From: Gemmatimonadota bacterium
GTDB taxonomy: Bacteria; Gemmatimonadota; Gemmatimonadetes; Palauibacterales; Palauibacteraceae
DNA length: 64,000 nucleotides
Reading direction: 5' to 3'
NCBI GenBank assembly: GCA_046757485.1
Contig: JBHHYJ010000001.1
Location: forward strand, 115,454 to 179,453
The notes beneath the pieces are model-generated. The model was not told the DNA's origin. It saw only the letters and a program-made list of their open reading frames with translations, and did not search any database. Positions 23,703 to 31,940 of this stretch are shown piece by piece. The stretch's first letter is position 1, and every line of letters begins with the position of its first letter. Both the position numbers and the translations under genes were made by a program.

Positions 23703-24545
23703 ATGCGCGCCGACGACCCGTCCTCCCCGTTCGGCGCGGGGGGGCCGTTCTTCCTCATCGCAGGTCCCTGTGTCCTGGAGGGGCGGGATCTGAACCTGCG
23801 GATCGCCCGTCACGTGTGGGCGGTGTCGAGGCGCTGCGGGATCCCGGCGTACTTCAAAGCCTCCTTCGACAAGGCGAACCGGACGAGCCTCGGCACGCCG
23901 CGAGGCCCCGGATTGGCGGCAGGGCTGGAGCTCCTGCGCGAAGTGCGTGAGGAGGTGGGGATTCCCGTGCTGACGGACGTGCATCTTCCATCCCAGGTGG
24001 AGTCGGTGGCCCGCGTGGTGGACGCCGTGCAGGTGCCTGCCTTCCTCTCCCGCCAGACGGATCTGCTCGCGGCCGTGGGGGGGTGCGGTCGGCCGGTGAA
24101 CCTCAAGAAAGGCCAGTGGATGGCGCCGGAGCAGATGGCCCATTCGGTGGAAAAGGTCCGGGCTGCCGGGGCGAGGGAGGTCGCGGTGACGGAGCGTGGC
24201 AACGCGTTCGGCTACGGCCGTTGGGTCGTGGACATGCGGAGCTTCTCGATCCTCCGCGAAAGCGCGGGTTGCCCGGCCGTCTTCGATGCGACCCACGCCG
24301 TCCAGATGCCGGGGGGCGAGGGGCGTCGAAGCGGCGGGGAGCCCCGCTTCATCGAACCCCTGGCTCGTGCGGCGGTAGCCGCGGGGGCGGACGGGCTGTT
24401 CCTGGAGACCCACCCGCGGCCGGGGGAGGCGCCGTCGGACGGCTCGAACATGCTTCCCGCCGAGCGCCTGGAGCCGCTGCTCGAGTCCGTTCTTCGGGTT
24501 CGGGAGAGTCTCGGCCGTTCGGCCGGCGGCGGGGACACGGGATGA
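23703..24545 (+). CDS. kdsA: 2-dehydro-3-deoxyphosphooctonate aldolase (KDO-8-P synthase)
   Basis: FFLIAGPCVLE and KASFDKANRTS match KdsA/DAHP-synthase-like motifs. ATG 23703 lies 9 nt after the pyrG stop. Confidence 0.9.
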   Translation: MRADDPSSPFGAGGPFFLIAGPCVLEGRDLNLRIARHVWAVSRRCGIPAYFKASFDKANRTSLGTPRGPGLAAGLELLREVREEVGIPVLTDVHLPSQVESVARVVDAVQVPAFLSRQTDLLAAVGGCGRPVNLKKGQWMAPEQMAHSVEKVRAAGAREVAVTERGNAFGYGRWVVDMRSFSILRESAGCPAVFDATHAVQMPGGEGRRSGGEPRFIEPLARAAVAAGADGLFLETHPRPGEAPSDGSNMLPAERLEPLLESVLRVRESLGRSAGGGDTG

Positions 24546-25162
24546 GCCGGGACGCCGCTCCGCGGAGGTCGTTGCCTGTCGAGGCGGCCCGCCGCGTGGA
24601 GCTGCTCGTCCTGGACGCCGACGGGGTGCTCACCGATGGAGCCATCTACCTCTCCGAGACTCCGGGGGGGGAGGTGCGGACGGCGCAGCGCTTCGACGCC
24701 CAGGACGGGCTGGCGTTGTACCTTTTGCGGGCGGCGGGCATACGCCTGGCCGTCGTTTCAGGAAGGCCTTCCGTACCCGTGCGGGCCCGGGCTCTTGAGC
24801 TGGGGATCGAGGAGGTGCATCAGGTGTCCGCGTTCGAGAAACTCCGAGCGGTGGAAGGGATCCTGGAGAGAAACGACGTCTCCTGGGAGGAGGTGGCATG
24901 CCTGGCGGATGATCTGGCAGACCTCCCCGTTCTGGAGCGGGTCGGTCTTCCGGCAGCCGTGGCGAACGCCGTGCCCAGGGTGCGAGCGGCTGCCGTGTGG
25001 ACGACCAGGGCACGGGGAGGCCGAGGAGCCATCCGCGAGTTCGTCGAGGAGCTGCTGACCGCCAGAGGCGACTGGGAGCGTGTGGTCGAGGAGTACCTGG
25101 AGGCCTGCCGGGGAGGCGAGAACGGCGGGCAGCGGGCAGGGGAACCGGGGGGAGAGGGCTGA
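24542..25162 (+). CDS. kdsC: KDO-8-phosphate phosphatase (HAD family)
   Basis: LLVLDADGVLTDG is the HAD motif I, and the protein is KdsC-like. An ATGA overlap joins it to kdsA. Confidence 0.85.
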   Translation: MSRDAAPRRSLPVEAARRVELLVLDADGVLTDGAIYLSETPGGEVRTAQRFDAQDGLALYLLRAAGIRLAVVSGRPSVPVRARALELGIEEVHQVSAFEKLRAVEGILERNDVSWEEVACLADDLADLPVLERVGLPAAVANAVPRVRAAAVWTTRARGGRGAIREFVEELLTARGDWERVVEEYLEACRGGENGGQRAGEPGGEG

Positions 25163-25167
25163 GAGGA

Positions 25168-26199
25168 ATGAGGGAAGGCGTGAGGGAACGCGAAGTGCGA
25201 GTTGCTGCCGGCCAGCCGAGGTCGTCCGAGCTCGCGGCGGATCGGATCCTCGAGACCGCCCGCCGGGTCCTGCACCTGGAGGCGGAGAGCGTGGCGGCTC
25301 TCTCGGAGCGCCTGGATGATTCCTTCGTGCGAGTCGTCCGGCGGATCCTCGCCGTTTCTGGCCGCGTCGTGGTCTCCGGGGTCGGGAAGTCGGGGCTCGT
25401 GGCCCGGAGGATCGCCGCGATCCTCGCCTCCACGGGAACTCCCGCGCACTTCCTGCATCCGGTGGAGGCGATCCACGGAGAGCTCGGCGTGCTGAGCGGG
25501 GAGGATCTCCTCATCGTCGTTTCGCGCAGCGGCGAATCGCGGGAGCTCGGCGAGCTCCTGTCCACGGTCGGCCGACTCGAGGTGCCGGTCGTGGCCCTGA
25601 CGGCGAGACCGGAGTCCAGCATCGGGCGGGCGGCGGCGCTTGTGCTGGACCTGGGCGCCCAGGAGGAAGCCTGCCCCTACGACCTCACGCCCACCTCGAG
25701 CAGCGCGGCCGCCGTCGCCATGGGGGATGCTTTGGCCATGGCGGTGCTGGACGGGCGAGGCTCGGACGCGGAGGAGTTTGTCCATCTTCACCCCGGGGGT
25801 GCCCTGGGTCGCCGGCTTCGATTCCGGGTGCGCGACGTCATGCTCGGCCCGCCCGAGATTCCCAGGCTCGGGCCGCAGGAGGATCTGGGCCGGGCGATGT
25901 GCGAGATCGCGCATCGGAGGGGCACCGTGCCGGTGGTGGGTGAGAGAGGAAAGGTGATCGGTGTGATCACGGCGGGCGATCTGACCCGATTCGCCGAGCG
26001 GCATCCGGAGTTCCTGCGACGTCCCGTCCGCGAGGCGATGAACCCCTCTCCCCGCGTCATCTCTCCGGATGCGCTCGCCGTCGAGGCGCTCCGTGAGTGC
26101 GAGCTGCACGGCATCATGGCGCTCCCCGTGGTGGACGAACAGGCGTACCTGCTGGGGATCGTCCATCTGCACGACCTTCTGCGGGCGGGGCTGGGATGA
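25168..26199 (+). CDS. kdsD: arabinose-5-phosphate isomerase (KpsF/GutQ family)
   Basis: The SIS domain carries VVVSGVGKSG, and a C-terminal CBS pair follows. Confidence 0.85.
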   Translation: MREGVREREVRVAAGQPRSSELAADRILETARRVLHLEAESVAALSERLDDSFVRVVRRILAVSGRVVVSGVGKSGLVARRIAAILASTGTPAHFLHPVEAIHGELGVLSGEDLLIVVSRSGESRELGELLSTVGRLEVPVVALTARPESSIGRAAALVLDLGAQEEACPYDLTPTSSSAAAVAMGDALAMAVLDGRGSDAEEFVHLHPGGALGRRLRFRVRDVMLGPPEIPRLGPQEDLGRAMCEIAHRRGTVPVVGERGKVIGVITAGDLTRFAERHPEFLRRPVREAMNPSPRVISPDALAVEALRECELHGIMALPVVDEQAYLLGIVHLHDLLRAGLG

Positions 26200-26232
26200 G
26201 CGGCAGGGCGGGGCTGGGATGAGCGCCAGGGC
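26187..26232 (+). repeat. two direct copies of a 23-nt sequence at the kdsD stop / lptC start junction
   Basis: GGGGCTGGGATGAGCGGCAGGGC followed directly by GGGGCTGGGATGAGCGCCAGGGC. Copy 1 supplies the kdsD TGA. Copy 2 supplies the lptC ATG in a different frame, because the 23-nt unit is not a multiple of 3. Confidence 0.6.
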
Positions 26233-26782
26233 GGGGTGGCTCCTCTTGCTGGCCGCCCTCACGGCGGGGTCCACGGCCTGCCGACGGGAGAATCAGGTCG
26301 AGACGGCGAGCCCCGATCTCCTGAGCCTGGATGCGGACATGGCGCTCCTGGGGATGGAGCACTACATGACACGGGACGGCCTGCGACGGGCCCACCTGCT
26401 GGCCGATACGGCCTACTTCCTCCAGGACTCCTCCAAGGTGAGGCTCCGGCCCGTGAACGTGACCTTCTTCGACGGGGAAGGTCACGAGGTCTCCGAGCTC
26501 ACCGCCCGCGAGGGCCTCTACAACATGCGGACGAACGACATGGAGGTTCGAGGAGAGGTCGTCGTCCTCTCCCGCCGAGACTTTCAACGGCTGGAGACAG
26601 CGCGTCTCACGTACAGTGCCCGGGAGGACCAGCTGCGGAGCGATACGAGCTTCGTCCTTTATCAAGGGAACACCGTGCTTCGCGGCACGGGTCTCGTCTC
26701 GGACCCGGACCTGCGGAAAGCTCGAGTCACGCAGCCGTCGGCGGTGGTCGAGAACCCTCGGGCTCCCGGCCCGGGCTCGTGA
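26219..26782 (+). CDS. lptC: LPS export system protein LptC-like
   Basis: A 187 aa protein with an N-terminal membrane anchor or signal (MSARAGWLLLLAALTAGSTAC). It is beta-rich and sits in the canonical kdsD-lptC-lptA-lptB position. Confidence 0.65.
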   Translation: MSARAGWLLLLAALTAGSTACRRENQVETASPDLLSLDADMALLGMEHYMTRDGLRRAHLLADTAYFLQDSSKVRLRPVNVTFFDGEGHEVSELTAREGLYNMRTNDMEVRGEVVVLSRRDFQRLETARLTYSAREDQLRSDTSFVLYQGNTVLRGTGLVSDPDLRKARVTQPSAVVENPRAPGPGS

Positions 26783-28449
26783 GCCCCGTTCGCTTGGATC
26801 GGGCGGTCCCGCTGCTGACGGCGGCGTGGGTCGCGGTGGCCGGAACCGAAACGCCGGTATGGGCCCAGGAGAAGGCGCCGCCCGAGGAGAGGCGACAGGA
26901 GCCTTCTCCTTCGCCCCGCTCCGGCTGCACCCTGATTCTGGAGCCCACGCCGACCACGATCGGCAACAGGGTGTTGAGCGGGAACGCGCTCGTCTACCAC
27001 CTGGGCGGAGGGATGCTCTGGCGGTGTGGCAACGCCGTGATGGAGGCGGACAGCGCGATTCGCTTCGAGGCCGAGCGCCGAGTCGAGATGCTGGGCAACG
27101 TGAGATACCGGGACACGATCCGCACGCTCGAGTCGGGTTTCCTCACCTATTATGAGCTGCCCGACTCGGTGGTGGCCACCGTCGACGTCCTGCTGACGCG
27201 GCTCGCATCCGGCTCCACCGTCCGCGGCCCGCGCGCGGAGTTCCTGCGGGCCCTCTCGGGCCGCGAGGCCCTGACGACGGCGAGTGGCAGACCCCACATC
27301 ACTCTGTACACGGACCGGGAAAGGCAGAAGCCGCCGTTCGAGGTGGACGCCGACCGAACCGTGATGGCCGGAGAGGAAGCGGCGACCGCGTGGGGCGACG
27401 TCGTGATTCGGAGACCCGATCTCACCGCCACGGCGGACAGCGTCTTTTTCGACATCGCCGGGGGAGGGGGGTTCCTGTACGGGGAGCCCCGAGTGGAGGG
27501 GGAAGGGTTTGAGCTGACGGGGGACAGCATTCGGCTCCGCTTCGAGGAGAGTGACCTGCGGGAGGTTTGGGCCCTGGGCCGAGGAACGGCCAGGGGCGAG
27601 TCCTACGACGTCGAGGCCGATCAGATTCGGGCCCGGATACGCAACGAGATCGCCGACGCCGTGTGGGCGTTCGGGCCCGGCGGAGCCAGTGCCGTCTCCG
27701 CCGCGTATCGGCTGCACGGCGACTCGCTACGCTTCGTGCTGAGCGAGGGTCAGATCGACAGTGTGGTGGCGGTGGGAAGCGCCAGGGCCGTGGAGGTGGA
27801 CGCGGCGGCGGCCGGGGACTCGCCGGTGGTGGGGCCGGCCCCGGACACGAGCGTAGCGGTCGCGGACTCCCTGGCGGCCATGGCGGCTCCGGACACGACC
27901 GTGGCGGCCGCGGACTCCCTGGCGGCCGTGGCGGCCCCGGACACGGCGGCCGCCCCCCCCCGCGCGCCGGTGGTTCCCGACTCGCTCGCCGGGCGCGACA
28001 CGCTCGCGGCAGGGCCGCGCGCCCCCGGCGTCGGCGAGGTGCGGGAAGCCGGTGTCCTTCCCTCCGGGTCCGGGACTGGCGAGGGGAACTGGATGATGGG
28101 GGACACGCTGTACGCGGTGTTCGAGGCTCGGCCTGAGCCGTCGTCGGGGGACTCGGCTGCCGCCCGCCAGATCCGACTCCTCCGGGTCGTCGGGGTGGAA
28201 TCAGAGGCGAGAGCCTTGTACGCGGCCGTAGTCGACTCCACTCGCACCCGGCAGCCATCCCGCAACTACATCATAGGTCGATCGATCGAGATCCTCTTCC
28301 AGGGAGGCGAGGTACACTCCGTGAAGGGAGAGAAGGCGATCGGCGTCTACCTGGATCCTGTGCAGGAGGGCGAGGAGAGCGTGCCTCGGCCTCCGGCTCG
28401 GGGTGGGGTGCGGGACACGACCTCCGCTCGGGGAAGCAGGGGACGGTGA
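26779..28449 (+). CDS. lptA: LptA/OstA-N-like periplasmic protein, unusually long, with an Ala/Pro/Asp/Thr-rich repeat linker
   Basis: A GTG overlaps the lptC stop. A signal peptide ([20 protein letters not shown]) is present. The protein has OstA-N-like beta-jellyroll character, with runs of alternating residues. It sits in the lptA position immediately upstream of lptB. At 556 aa it is about three times longer than typical LptA. Confidence 0.6.
   Translation: MSPVRLDRAVPLLTAAWVAVAGTETPVWAQEKAPPEERRQEPSPSPRSGCTLILEPTPTTIGNRVLSGNALVYHLGGGMLWRCGNAVMEADSAIRFEAERRVEMLGNVRYRDTIRTLESGFLTYYELPDSVVATVDVLLTRLASGSTVRGPRAEFLRALSGREALTTASGRPHITLYTDRERQKPPFEVDADRTVMAGEEAATAWGDVVIRRPDLTATADSVFFDIAGGGGFLYGEPRVEGEGFELTGDSIRLRFEESDLREVWALGRGTARGESYDVEADQIRARIRNEIADAVWAFGPGGASAVSAAYRLHGDSLRFVLSEGQIDSVVAVGSARAVEVDAAAAGDSPVVGPAPDTSVAVADSLAAMAAPDTTVAAADSLAAVAAPDTAAAPPRAPVVPDSLAGRDTLAAGPRAPGVGEVREAGVLPSGSGTGEGNWMMGDTLYAVFEARPEPSSGDSAAARQIRLLRVVGVESEARALYAAVVDSTRTRQPSRNYIIGRSIEILFQGGEVHSVKGEKAIGVYLDPVQEGEESVPRPPARGGVRDTTSARGSRGR
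27836..27957 (+). repeat. roughly 2.5 tandem copies of a 48-nt in-frame repeat inside lptA
   Basis: GCGGACTCCCTGGCGGCC(A/G)TGGCGGC(T/C)CCGGACACG... recurs, encoding (A)PDT-VA-ADSLAA(M/V)A units. It is a low-complexity linker. Confidence 0.6.
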
Positions 28450-29177
28450 GCGAGGGCAGCGTGCTGCGGGCGAACGGGCTGGTGAAGTCGTTCCGGCGCC
28501 GGCGAGTGGTGGATCAGGTCAGCCTGCAGGTGGCCCAGGGGGAGATCGTGGGCCTCCTCGGGCCGAACGGGGCGGGGAAGACGACCACCTTCTACATGAT
28601 CGTGGGGCTCCTGGCGCCCGAGGAGGGTCGGGTGTTTCTGGAAGACCGGGAGCTCACCGACTGGCCGATGTACCGTCGGGCCCGAGCGGGGATCGGGTAC
28701 CTCTCCCAGGAACCCAGCGTCTTTCGGAAGCTCACGGTCGAGGAAAACGTTCGGGCGATCCTCGAGACGCTGGACCTGGATCGCGAGGCCCGGGAGCGGC
28801 GGCTGGAGAACCTGCTGGACGAGCTGTCGATCAAGCATCTGCGCAGGAGTCGAGCGTATGCGCTCTCGGGGGGCGAACGCCGCCGGCTCGAGATCACTCG
28901 GGCCCTGGTCACCCGACCGAAGTTCCTGCTCCTGGACGAGCCGTTCACCGGGGTGGACCCCATCGCCATCGACGACATCCAGCGCATCGTGGCAGAGCTC
29001 CGGGATCGCGGGCTCGGGGTCCTGATCACCGACCACAACGTGCGCGAGACGCTGTCCATCACCGACCGCGCGTATCTCATGTTCAACGGGTCGATTCACA
29101 TCGAGGGGCCGGCGGAGATGCTGGTAAGCGATCCCGAAGCGCGCAAACTCTATCTGGGACAGGACTTCCGTCTCTAG
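28446..29177 (+). CDS. lptB: LPS export ABC transporter ATP-binding protein
   Basis: The Walker A motif [13 protein letters not shown] is present, together with the [11 protein letters not shown] signature motif. A GTGA overlap joins it to lptA. Confidence 0.9.
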   Translation: MSEGSVLRANGLVKSFRRRRVVDQVSLQVAQGEIVGLLGPNGAGKTTTFYMIVGLLAPEEGRVFLEDRELTDWPMYRRARAGIGYLSQEPSVFRKLTVEENVRAILETLDLDREARERRLENLLDELSIKHLRRSRAYALSGGERRRLEITRALVTRPKFLLLDEPFTGVDPIAIDDIQRIVAELRDRGLGVLITDHNVRETLSITDRAYLMFNGSIHIEGPAEMLVSDPEARKLYLGQDFRL

Positions 29178-29180
29178 TAA

Positions 29181-29256
29181 CCTGTGGAGGAACCACGGAT
29201 CTGGTCCGACGGCGCTCGGTCCGCGACCCGCCGTGGCTCTTCCACAGGCTTCCAGA
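29181..29256 (+). repeat. structured intergenic repeat element, copy A
   Basis: Inverted repeat CCTGTGGAGGAACCACGG (29181-29198) and CCGTGGCTCTTCCACAGG (29231-29248), 16/18 complementary, around a 32-nt GC-rich loop. A 46-nt core is about 85 % identical to copy B at 31889-31936. Confidence 0.55.
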
Positions 29257-29374
29257 CCCCCCTCTCGCGAAGAGCGAAAACCGTTTCCTCCCGCCTGAAG
29301 GTCCAAACGTCCGATCGGCAGGGTCGTGCGGCGATCCGGGGGTGCCGCGCCGACTGTCAGGGAGTATTTTGTCG

Positions 29375-29390
29375 TGGCACGAATATTGTG
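29375..29390 (+). promoter_or_regulatory. sigma-54-like -24/-12 element upstream of rpoN
   Basis: TGGCAC-gaata-TTGTG matches the TGGCAC-N5-TTGCW spacing, with one mismatch at -12. It lies about 40 nt upstream of the rpoN ATG. Confidence 0.3.
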
Positions 29391-29428
29391 GCCAAGGGCG
29401 AGGCGAGCTGCGGAACGGGACGAGCGTG

Positions 29429-30862
29429 ATGGCCAATATGCGTACCGGACTCTCCCAGACAGTCGGGATGAGGCAGGAGATGAAGGTCAACCCTCGCCTG
29501 TATCAGGCGATGGATCTCCTGTACATGCCGTTGCTGGATCTCCAACAGCACCTGAAGCAGGAGCTGTTGAACAACCCGTTCCTCGAGATGATCGAGCCGA
29601 TCGAGGAGGAGGAGCCGGCGGAGGAGGCCGAGGAGTCGGAGGACGAGATCGACTGGGAAGAGATTCTGCTGGACGGCTTCGACGCGGGCGGCCGCCGGGC
29701 GGAGTACGAGGAGCGAGAGTATTACCAGCCGGCCGCGGCCAACGTGAAGGATCTGTGGGATCACCTCCTGGAACAGCTGAAGCTCTCGAAGCTGGAGCCC
29801 TGCGACGTGTTGGTCGGGGAGGAGATCATCGGCAACGTCGACCGCGAAGGGTTCCTCACCTGCCCGCTGGAGCAGGTCGTGGAGTCGGTGAACAACTTTC
29901 TCGCCGACCCGGGCAACGAGGAATGGGCAGGGGTGACGCCGGTGACGGTCGCGGAGGCGGAGCGGATCCTCTCGGTCGTCCAGGGCTTCGATCCGAGCGG
30001 CGTCGGGGCGCGGGACCTGCGCGAGTGCCTCCTCCTTCAGCTCCGGGACCGAGGCGAAGAGGGTACGCTGGCCCACCGCATCGTGCGCGATCACTTCGAC
30101 GAGCTCGTCAACCACCGGTGGAGCGAGCTTTCCAAGGAGCACGGAATCTCGCCACAGGCCGTCCAGGCGGCGGCGGATGACATCGCGAAGCTGGATCCGA
30201 AACCGGGCCTCAAGTACTCGGACATGCGGGACGCGTACGTCGTGCCCGACCTGGTGGTCGAGAAGATCGACGGTCAGTACCACGTCTTTCACAACGACAC
30301 GTCGCTGCCCCGCCTGAAGCTCTCCCGGGCCTACCGTGAGGTGGCCCGCAACAAGAACCAGTTCCAGGGCGAGAACAAGACGTTCATCTCCAAGAAGCTC
30401 AACAGCGCCCAGTGGATGATCCAGGCGATCGAGCAGCGTCGGCAGACGATGCTCAAGGTGATGAACTTCATCGTGGACCGGCAGCGGGAGTTCTTCGAGA
30501 AAGGGGTGGAGCACCTCCGTCCTCTCACCCTGCGCGAGGTGGCGGAACACATCGACATGCACGAGTCGACCGTCTCCCGAGTGACGAACGAGAAGTTCGC
30601 TCAGACCCCGCGGGGGGTATTTCCGCTCAAGTACTTTTTCTCCAGCGGCCTTTCCACCGACTACGGCGAGGACGTCTCCGCCCGGGGCGTCCGGGCTCAG
30701 ATCAAGAAGCTGGTCGAGGAGGAAGATCCGAAGAGCCCCCTCACCGACCAGGCGATCGTGGACGTCTTGACTCGACAGGGGATCCAGATCGCCCGCCGCA
30801 CGGTGGCCAAGTACCGGGACCAGCTCGGCATCCTCTCGGCGCGGATGCGAAAGCGAGTATGA
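29429..30862 (+). CDS. rpoN: RNA polymerase sigma-54 factor
   Basis: The N-terminal region I is Gln/Leu-rich (MANMRTGLSQTVGMRQEMKVNPRLYQAMDLL). The C-terminal RpoN box reads ARRTVAKYRD. It follows lptB, as in many Gram-negatives. Confidence 0.9.
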   Translation: MANMRTGLSQTVGMRQEMKVNPRLYQAMDLLYMPLLDLQQHLKQELLNNPFLEMIEPIEEEEPAEEAEESEDEIDWEEILLDGFDAGGRRAEYEEREYYQPAAANVKDLWDHLLEQLKLSKLEPCDVLVGEEIIGNVDREGFLTCPLEQVVESVNNFLADPGNEEWAGVTPVTVAEAERILSVVQGFDPSGVGARDLRECLLLQLRDRGEEGTLAHRIVRDHFDELVNHRWSELSKEHGISPQAVQAAADDIAKLDPKPGLKYSDMRDAYVVPDLVVEKIDGQYHVFHNDTSLPRLKLSRAYREVARNKNQFQGENKTFISKKLNSAQWMIQAIEQRRQTMLKVMNFIVDRQREFFEKGVEHLRPLTLREVAEHIDMHESTVSRVTNEKFAQTPRGVFPLKYFFSSGLSTDYGEDVSARGVRAQIKKLVEEEDPKSPLTDQAIVDVLTRQGIQIARRTVAKYRDQLGILSARMRKRV

Positions 30863-31824
30863 CGCGGACGGCGTCGGCTCCCTCCGCCTCCCTCAAGCCG
30901 CCTAACCCGCCGACCGTCAGCATCGTCGTTCCCGCCTACGACGAGGCGGAGAACATGGCGGATCTCTTCTCCGAGCTGGCCGACATGCTGAGGACGAGCC
31001 ACCTGAATGCCGAGGTCATCCTGGTCGACGACGGCTCCGGCGATGGGACGCTCGAAGCGGCTCGGCAGGCGGCGGCCACGGCGGAATTGGAGCGGGTGAC
31101 CCTCCTCCAGCACCGTCGGAATCGGGGGAAGACGGAGGCGTTGCTCACCGCGAGCCGAACGGCCAGCGGCGAGTACCTGGTCCTGTTTGACGCGGACCTG
31201 CAGCATGCCACGGAGGAGATTCCGCGCTTCGTCGAGAAGCTGGAGGAAGGGTACGACGTCGTCGCCGGACGGAAGGTGGGGCGGTACGAGAAGCGGACCG
31301 TCTCGGCGATCTACAACTGGATGTGCCGCCGGCTTTTCCGCGTGGAGGTGCACGATCTCAACGCGATGAAGGCGTTTCGGCGGGGAATCCTCGATGAGCT
31401 GCAGCTGCGCTCCGACTGGCACCGGTACCTCGTGGTGCTGGCCCACGCGCGCGGCTTTCGAGTCACCGAGATCGAGATTCGTCTCTTCCCGCGGCGGCAT
31501 GGAGCCTCGAAATACAAAGGCCGCCGGCGCATCCTTGTCGGGATGCTGGATCTCCTGGCCGTGTGGTTTCAGCTCCTCTTCAGCCGCAAGCCGATGCTCT
31601 TCTTCGGCGTCACGGGGCTCGCGGTGCTCGGGCTGGGCGCCGTCATCGGTCTGGCGGCCCTCTACCTGCGCTTCGGACTGCAGCAGGGCTATCGACCGCT
31701 CCTCTCCCTGGTGGTTCTGCTCGTCGTGGTCGGACTGCTCTTGTTCGCCGTCGGCTTCCTCGCCGAGCTGATCGCCTCCCTGCGCAGCGAGGTGGAGGAG
31801 ATGCGGCGGGAGCGAGGAACCTGA
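30859..31824 (+). CDS. GT2 polyprenyl-phosphate sugar synthase (GtrB/ArnC-like) with two C-terminal TM helices
   Basis: An ATGA overlap joins it to rpoN. VSIVVPAYDEAEN...ILVDDGSGDGT...DADLQH are GT2 DxD-type motifs. The C-terminus (LVVLLVVVGLLLFAVGFLAELIASL) is hydrophobic. Confidence 0.8.
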   Translation: MTRTASAPSASLKPPNPPTVSIVVPAYDEAENMADLFSELADMLRTSHLNAEVILVDDGSGDGTLEAARQAAATAELERVTLLQHRRNRGKTEALLTASRTASGEYLVLFDADLQHATEEIPRFVEKLEEGYDVVAGRKVGRYEKRTVSAIYNWMCRRLFRVEVHDLNAMKAFRRGILDELQLRSDWHRYLVVLAHARGFRVTEIEIRLFPRRHGASKYKGRRRILVGMLDLLAVWFQLLFSRKPMLFFGVTGLAVLGLGAVIGLAALYLRFGLQQGYRPLLSLVVLLVVVGLLLFAVGFLAELIASLRSEVEEMRRERGT

Positions 31825-31830
31825 ACCGGA

Positions 31831-31936
31831 CCGTGTGGAGAGCTGGCCGCGTCGTGACCTGCGGTCGCGCGAGGGGGTCGCATCCGGCCCCACGGCGCTC
31901 CTGACGCGGCCCGCCGTGGGTCTTCCACGGGCTTCG
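31831..31936 (+). repeat. structured intergenic repeat element, copy B
   Basis: CCGTGTGGAGAG ... CCACGGCGCTCCTGACGCGGCCCGCCGTGGGTCTTCCACGGGCTTC. The 3' 46 nt match copy A (29205-29252) at about 85 %. The GTGGAGAG and TCTTCCAC arms are complementary. Confidence 0.55.
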
Positions 31937-31940
31937 TAGC

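Noticed and set aside
28403-29428. 342-codon N-terminal extension of the rpoN reading frame (the ORF track gives 28403-30862)
   Set aside because: The extension overlaps the 3' end of lptA, all of lptB and the intergenic repeat. The conserved RpoN region I begins exactly at the ATG at 29429.
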